This document shows positions 27,079 through 32,000 of a stretch of 32,000 nt of DNA, piece after piece. The notes under the pieces were generated by a model. That model did no database searches. It was given only the letters and a program-made list of their open reading frames with translations, and was not told the origin of the DNA. Position numbers and translations under genes: made by a program. The stretch covers positions 720,001 through 752,000 of the forward strand of contig NC_000964.3 in NCBI RefSeq assembly GCF_000009045.1, read 5' to 3'. The stretch is from Bacillus subtilis subsp. subtilis str. 168. GTDB taxonomy: Bacteria; Bacillota; Bacilli; Bacillales; Bacillaceae. Each line of letters starts with the position of its first letter. Position 1 is the first letter of the stretch.

Positions 27079-27549
27079 TTATAGACCGAGGTAACTAATT
27101 ACAAATTCTTTATCATCCTCATCTTCAGGCAAAATACCAAGGTTTTTATATTCCCATATTGCGATTCTTTCATATCCATCTAATTCTGAGGCTAAAATAT
27201 CATCATAATTATAATCTAATTGGAATTCTCCGCTACGATCCAATGTTAGTGTAAGGTTAGTCCAAACATCATCGTTATTATTTCTGTGTTCAGTTCTTAA
27301 TTCTTCAAAAAGTTCTCTTAGTTCTCTTAACAACGTCTTGAAAATATCCTTGCTTACGTTGTAATGGCTAGGTATATCTTGTGAATAAATAATTTGATTA
27401 TTTTCTGGTGTTCTGAAATGAAAAAGAACCATTGTGGAATCATCTAATACTTCTGCATAAAGATATATCTTTGTCCATTCACCAGGTATGATGTCATTGA
27501 GTTTTTCTCCAATAAGTTGATACAAATCTTGCATCTTCCTAGTTTCCAT
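27079..27549 (-). CDS. yezG: YezG/DUF600-family antitoxin (immunity protein) for YeeF
   Basis: 156-aa ORF starting 4 nt after the yeeF stop (an alternative ATG is at 27534). It is an acidic protein with the DUF600/EsaG-like pattern (WTKIYLYAEV...FHF...). This is the known YeeF-YezG toxin-antitoxin pairing in B. subtilis. Confidence 0.85.
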   Translation of the reverse strand: METRKMQDLYQLIGEKLNDIIPGEWTKIYLYAEVLDDSTMVLFHFRTPENNQIIYSQDIPSHYNVSKDIFKTLLRELRELFEELRTEHRNNNDDVWTNLTLTLDRSGEFQLDYNYDDILASELDGYERIAIWEYKNLGILPEDEDDKEFVISYLGL

Positions 27550-27553
27550 TCTT

Positions 27554-29563
27554 CTAACCCCCAGGCTGATTTTTAATAGAGACGCTTATTTCTTTTCTGC
27601 TCCCAATTTTGTAGGTTACATCGAAATATGATGGTCTAAGTGAATCCCCAGAATAGACTGGTTCTATTTGAACTGCTACTTTTTTAGGTGGTTTTTTGCT
27701 TAGGGCTTTTGCCCACTCCTGCTCCATCTCATACCATTTCCCACCGCTCCTATTAATCTGAGAATTCATCGGCACGATATTGTCAAACTGGCCTGAGCCT
27801 TTGAATTGGGTGGCGATTAAATGGCCGCCGTCATCGTCAGGCTTTCGGTCCTGGGGCTTTCCAGCATTCGTTTGTGCATATTGGTTTCGTTTCGCTTCTC
27901 CCAGCTGCAAGTCTGCTTTGACACTTGTAATTCTACCATAGTTGTCAGTCGTGTACGTGTAGCCTTCTTTTGTTTTGTAGATGATATTAGGCTTCAGCAC
28001 TTTCTTTCTGCTCCATCTTGCGAAATGCTCGCCGTATTTGACGGTTACCGGCGGTACATGTGGCGCTGGAGTTCGTCTTCCGCTTGATGACGTTCCGTAT
28101 GGTTTCGGCAGGATGACCTTGGCGAATTTTTGCAGTCCTTCTTTAAGCGTGACCCCGTTGACTGCGTTGTAAGGAACGCCTGCCGGCACTAAATCATGAC
28201 GGGGATGATACGGGAGAATATCCGCAAGTGTGAGATCTCCGATTTGATTTAACTTGGTTTTGACGTGTTTTTTTGATACTTCAATGCCTGTGTTTACTTT
28301 TTGTTTGATGTGATCAACGGTTTGTTTTGAGACTGTTATGGCTTTTTGGGCTGTTGCTGATTTGCTTGCTGCTGTTTTGACTTTGGTCGTCACTTTGGCG
28401 GCTGTGCCAGTTTTTGAGACGGCTCCTACGCCTTTTGTGCCGACAATTGATGTGACAACAGTGCCAACCGCATATGACACCCATCTTGCTCTTGAGTAGG
28501 TGTCACCATTCACCATGTCTTTTTGATACGATTCTTCGATTGCCGCTGAAATGGCTTCATACGTTTTGATCGGGTGAGCCATCGCTCCGGTAATCGCTTC
28601 AACGGTTCCTCCCGGATCTGTGACCATATCCCACAGGCCTACGACCGCGTCTTTCCCGGAATCATAAAGGCCGACGGCAACCCCTTTGAAGCCTGCTTCA
28701 AGCTCACGCGTGTTTTCAATTTGGGTGAAGTATCTCTGTTGTTCAGCTGTCAGATTTTCATAGCCGATCGTTTTTGCCATTTCGTAGAATTCATCGGCAT
28801 CTGCATAATCGTAGTTTTTCAGTCTTTCTTTCAGTTTCTCAATCTCGCGTTCCTTCGCTTCCTCTTTCTTAATCTTCAAGTAAGCCTCAGTCCGCTTTTC
28901 AATGTCGCCTTTTTTCTTATGTATGTCACTCTCACGGTACGCCTTGGCGTTGTAGTGGATGGGTGTGGCGTTTTTGCCTTTACCCGTTGCTTCTTGGAGC
29001 TTTTGGAAGTCGGATTTGATGAATTGTTCGTTTGGTTCAGACAGGGCGTATTCTGTTTTCAGGTCTTCGTCCAAGGCGTCCAATTTTTCCAGTGTTTTTT
29101 TGCGTTTGTCGTTGGCATCGGCCAGCTCGTCTTTGAAGGTTTCTGTTGAAAACAGGTCGAGCGGGAGGATGTCGTCGATATCGTTTAGGATGTCTTTCAT
29201 CGCTTTTTTCTGTTCGGACATGATGGATTTAGATTTTTTATTGGCATTTGCCAGTTCGTGCTCCAGGAAGGATTCTTCGATGTATGCGTCTGAGAGGCCT
29301 TTGTCTTCGGCGGCTCCGGCGATGCTGTTGAAAAATGCGATTTTCATGTCGATGTAGTCGATCCACTGGTCGGCGACGCCGACGTGGTCGTGATAGAATG
29401 CCTTGATGTTGCTGGCGCCTTTTCCTGAGAATTCACTGTCACTGAGATCAGCGACTCCTTTTAACGCTTTTCTCAAGTTGACCATTTGCGTTCTTAGTTC
29501 TTTGTACTCTTTTGCACGGTCTGTCGCTTCCGAAAGCAGTGTTTTCGCTTCAAATACTTTCAT
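27554..29563 (-). CDS. yeeF: LXG-domain polymorphic toxin YeeF with a C-terminal His-Me-finger (Endonuclease_NS_2-type) DNase
   Basis: I prefer ATG 29563 ([10 protein letters not shown]...), 8 nt after GAAGGG, giving 669 aa. The N-terminus is an LXG domain ([16 protein letters not shown]...). The C-terminus carries [35 protein letters not shown], typical of EsaD/YeeF-type nucleases. Confidence 0.9.
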   Translation of the reverse strand: MKVFEAKTLLSEATDRAKEYKELRTQMVNLRKALKGVADLSDSEFSGKGASNIKAFYHDHVGVADQWIDYIDMKIAFFNSIAGAAEDKGLSDAYIEESFLEHELANANKKSKSIMSEQKKAMKDILNDIDDILPLDLFSTETFKDELADANDKRKKTLEKLDALDEDLKTEYALSEPNEQFIKSDFQKLQEATGKGKNATPIHYNAKAYRESDIHKKKGDIEKRTEAYLKIKKEEAKEREIEKLKERLKNYDYADADEFYEMAKTIGYENLTAEQQRYFTQIENTRELEAGFKGVAVGLYDSGKDAVVGLWDMVTDPGGTVEAITGAMAHPIKTYEAISAAIEESYQKDMVNGDTYSRARWVSYAVGTVVTSIVGTKGVGAVSKTGTAAKVTTKVKTAASKSATAQKAITVSKQTVDHIKQKVNTGIEVSKKHVKTKLNQIGDLTLADILPYHPRHDLVPAGVPYNAVNGVTLKEGLQKFAKVILPKPYGTSSSGRRTPAPHVPPVTVKYGEHFARWSRKKVLKPNIIYKTKEGYTYTTDNYGRITSVKADLQLGEAKRNQYAQTNAGKPQDRKPDDDGGHLIATQFKGSGQFDNIVPMNSQINRSGGKWYEMEQEWAKALSKKPPKKVAVQIEPVYSGDSLRPSYFDVTYKIGSRKEISVSIKNQPGG

Positions 29564-29774
29564 GACCATTTCCCTTCTTTTGTTCGCTCAATATCAAAAT
29601 TTTACCACGGGTCGGGATAAGGTGGGGGTGAGAACGTGTTTTGGTGGAAAAATGAGTCATTTGGCATGTGTCTTTATTCGTGGAGGGATTGGAGGAAACA
29701 TGGTCGAAATGATATTGATTGCTACACATTTTTTGGAAGTTTGTATTCTATATTGTTTTTTAAGGAGCATGTTG

Positions 29775-30797
29775 ATGACGAAAAAACGGATTACATTTGG
29801 TTTATTAGTTTTAATGGTATGTGTCATCCTGTTTGTTCTGTATGTTCAGTTACGCAATAAAGATAGTATTCCTGTCCAATCTTCCGCCATTCACCCCGAA
29901 GAAGACCGCATCTTTTTTATTTACTCCAATCCTTTCATAAAAGAAAGCGTGCTGCTTTCAACCTCTACAGGCGAACGGTTTAACAGGCGTACGTTTAAGG
30001 TGGCGGATGTGCCTTATATTCAAACGAAATCTTATGCATCAACAGACCTTGTATTATTGGCGGAACACGAGCCTTTTTACTACACGCTGGAGAAGGATGT
30101 GATCAAAGAGCATCCGCTGTCAGATCCATTTGCGTTTTGGTATGAGGGGAAGGATGTCACTATTGAGGCCTATAATGTTGATACGACGGGAAATGAGATC
30201 CACATAAACGACAGAAAAACGAAAAAGGAATATACCCTTACCTTGCCTCCGCTTGTCACAATGGGGGCCAGTGATGAGAACTTTATTTATATCATTCAAA
30301 GCATGTCTATTTACGTGATTGACAGAAAAACAGAGGAAATGATTGAGACCCTGAGCTTAGCCTCATACGCTGATCAATTCGCAGACTCGGAGGAATTTAT
30401 CGTCGCGAGCTCGGATCATAAATTGACTGTGATTGAAAAAGGGACATGGAAGACGACATATATTGCGTATCCTGAAGATCTTGAATATGCAGATACTGTG
30501 TACTATGACAAAGAAAGCGGCAGTTTTTACGTGGCGTACGAGGACAAAGAGGGTGGAGCGAACTTGCTGGAATATGGGGAGGATTTTTCTATTCACACAT
30601 ACAGCTTGAAATTCCCTTATATGGAGGCGAAGTTTAAGGGGAATCTATTGTATATAGTTGCCCAGGAAGAGCATAAAAAGGGCATCGGCGGATACGTGGG
30701 TGTGTTTGATATCCATTCTAAGGAGATGCTTTATCAGTTTGATTTGCCTGAGGAACAGGTGAAGGTTCAGGATTTTGTTGTGGTTGACAATAAGTGA
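29775..30797 (+). CDS. yeeG: Membrane-anchored hypothetical protein YeeG (possible beta-propeller ectodomain)
   Basis: I prefer ATG 29775, 7 nt after the AAGGAG at 29762-29767, giving 340 aa. An N-terminal TM helix (ITFGLLVLMVCVILFVLYV) is followed by repetitive beta-rich segments (IYVIDRKTEEM, VGVFDIHSKEM). The 464-aa ORF in the track overlaps yeeF antisense and is rejected. Confidence 0.75.
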   Translation: MTKKRITFGLLVLMVCVILFVLYVQLRNKDSIPVQSSAIHPEEDRIFFIYSNPFIKESVLLSTSTGERFNRRTFKVADVPYIQTKSYASTDLVLLAEHEPFYYTLEKDVIKEHPLSDPFAFWYEGKDVTIEAYNVDTTGNEIHINDRKTKKEYTLTLPPLVTMGASDENFIYIIQSMSIYVIDRKTEEMIETLSLASYADQFADSEEFIVASSDHKLTVIEKGTWKTTYIAYPEDLEYADTVYYDKESGSFYVAYEDKEGGANLLEYGEDFSIHTYSLKFPYMEAKFKGNLLYIVAQEEHKKGIGGYVGVFDIHSKEMLYQFDLPEEQVKVQDFVVVDNK

Positions 30798-30820
30798 ATA
30801 CTATATGAAATAGAATGACA

Positions 30821-30848
30821 AAGACCCTTGCATAAAGGGTTCTTTTTT
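30821..30848 (+). terminator. Rho-independent terminator after yeeG
   Basis: Stem AAGACCCTT / AAGGGTTCTT (one bulge) with a 5-nt loop, followed by TTTTTT. It lies 24 nt after the yeeG stop. Confidence 0.7.
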
Positions 30849-30958
30849 ATGAAAAAAACAAATTGACAGGATGAAAAAACAATTTCTTCCTTCTATATTG
30901 TTTTCAAAATTTGGGATTGATAGAATATGACATATCTCATAGAGAAGGAGGGAAGCCG

Positions 30959-32000
30959 TTGAGTCAAGCCATACCGTCTTCGCGTGTTGGTGTTAAGATT
31001 AATGAATGGTATAAAATGATTCGCCAGTTCAGTGTTCCGGATGCTGAGATTCTGAAAGCGGAGGTTGAGCAGGACATTCAGCAGATGGAAGAAGATCAGG
31101 ATTTACTGATCTATTATTCTCTGATGTGTTTTCGGCACCAGCTGATGCTTGATTATTTGGAGCCGGGAAAAACATACGGGAATCGCCCTACAGTGACAGA
31201 GCTTCTTGAAACGATCGAGACCCCTCAGAAAAAACTCACAGGTCTTTTGAAATACTACTCTTTGTTTTTCCGCGGCATGTATGAATTTGACCAAAAAGAA
31301 TATGTGGAAGCGATCGGATATTATCGCGAGGCGGAGAAAGAACTGCCGTTTGTGTCAGATGATATTGAGAAAGCGGAATTCCATTTTAAAGTGGCAGAAG
31401 CGTATTATCACATGAAGCAAACCCATGTGTCGATGTATCATATTCTTCAAGCCTTGGACATTTATCAAAACCATCCTCTATACAGCATTAGAACGATACA
31501 AAGCTTGTTTGTGATCGCCGGCAACTATGATGATTTCAAACATTATGATAAAGCGCTCCCGCATTTAGAGGCGGCGCTGGAATTGGCAATGGACATTCAA
31601 AATGACAGGTTTATCGCCATTTCTCTATTGAACATTGCAAACAGCTATGACAGATCAGGAGACGATCAGATGGCTGTAGAACATTTCCAAAAAGCGGCGA
31701 AAGTAAGCAGAGAGAAAGTGCCTGATCTGCTTCCGAAAGTCTTGTTTGGATTAAGCTGGACATTATGTAAAGCGGGCCAAACACAGAAGGCGTTTCAGTT
31801 CATAGAGGAAGGATTAGACCATATCACAGCACGTTCTCACAAATTTTATAAAGAATTGTTTCTGTTCTTGCAGGCCGTGTACAAGGAGACTGTTGATGAA
31901 CGAAAAATTCATGATCTTTTAAGCTATTTCGAAAAAAAGAACCTGCACGCTTACATTGAAGCATGTGCCCGGAGTGCTGCCGCTGTTTTTGAAAGCAGCT
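30959..32000 (+). CDS. rapH: Rap-family TPR response-regulator aspartate phosphatase RapH, 3'-truncated by the window edge
   Basis: TTG start 6 nt after AAGGAGGG. My manual translation reads MSQAIPSSRVGVKINEWYKMIRQFSVPDAEILKAEVEQDIQQMEEDQDLLIYYSLMCFRHQLMLDY and continues through TPR repeats to nt 32000 with no stop. The ORF is missing from the track because it is open-ended. Confidence 0.9.
   Translation, partial: MSQAIPSSRVGVKINEWYKMIRQFSVPDAEILKAEVEQDIQQMEEDQDLLIYYSLMCFRHQLMLDYLEPGKTYGNRPTVTELLETIETPQKKLTGLLKYYSLFFRGMYEFDQKEYVEAIGYYREAEKELPFVSDDIEKAEFHFKVAEAYYHMKQTHVSMYHILQALDIYQNHPLYSIRTIQSLFVIAGNYDDFKHYDKALPHLEAALELAMDIQNDRFIAISLLNIANSYDRSGDDQMAVEHFQKAAKVSREKVPDLLPKVLFGLSWTLCKAGQTQKAFQFIEEGLDHITARSHKFYKELFLFLQAVYKETVDERKIHDLLSYFEKKNLHAYIEACARSAAAVFESS

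Noticed and set aside
28574-29774. Plus-strand ORFs antisense to yeeF (28574..29149, 28959..29357, 27821..28087, 27981..28172) and the N-terminal 124 codons of the 464-aa yeeG ORF (29403..29774).
   Set aside because: These are shadow ORFs opposite the LXG toxin frame. The yeeG extension has no RBS and would overlap yeeF, whereas ATG 29775 has AAGGAG at the correct spacing.

Overview
From gene order and protein sequences recognised from memory (no database search was run), this window is the Bacillus subtilis 168-type chromosome from pcrA to rapH. Nt 1-18,982 is ordinary core genome: pcrA(partial)-ligA-yerH, yerI, sapB, opuE, gatCAB, the yerO/swrC TetR-RND pair, dagK and rlmCD. Two inverted copies of a ~170-180-nt structured intergenic repeat bracket dagK. 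Twelve nt after the rlmCD stop the DNA becomes visibly AT-rich (judged by eye, GC not computed). An accessory island of ~7 kb starts there. It holds two head-to-head truncated serine-recombinase pseudogenes (yefB, yefC) and a tightly packed same-strand trio, dnmA(yeeA)-yeeB-yeeC. The trio encodes an MmeI-family N6-adenine methyltransferase, an SF2/ResIII-type helicase and a T5orf172 (GIY-YIG-like) protein. Together they look like a split Type ISP/IIL-like restriction or phage-defence module, and this is the main candidate for an uncharacterised system. To my knowledge only the methyltransferase (DnmA, m6A at GACGAG) has been studied. yeeB ends at an in-frame TAG followed by 40 more sense codons. 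Those codons encode a paralogue of a YeeC N-terminal motif and run into the yeeC start, suggesting a recently truncated, once translationally coupled gene. Downstream lie the LXG toxin locus yeeF-yezG with two further small genes (yezA, colicin-Im-like; yeeD), then yeeG and the 5' part of rapH. No rRNA, tRNA or CRISPR array was seen. All domain calls rest on motifs read from the translations and need HMM or BLAST confirmation.
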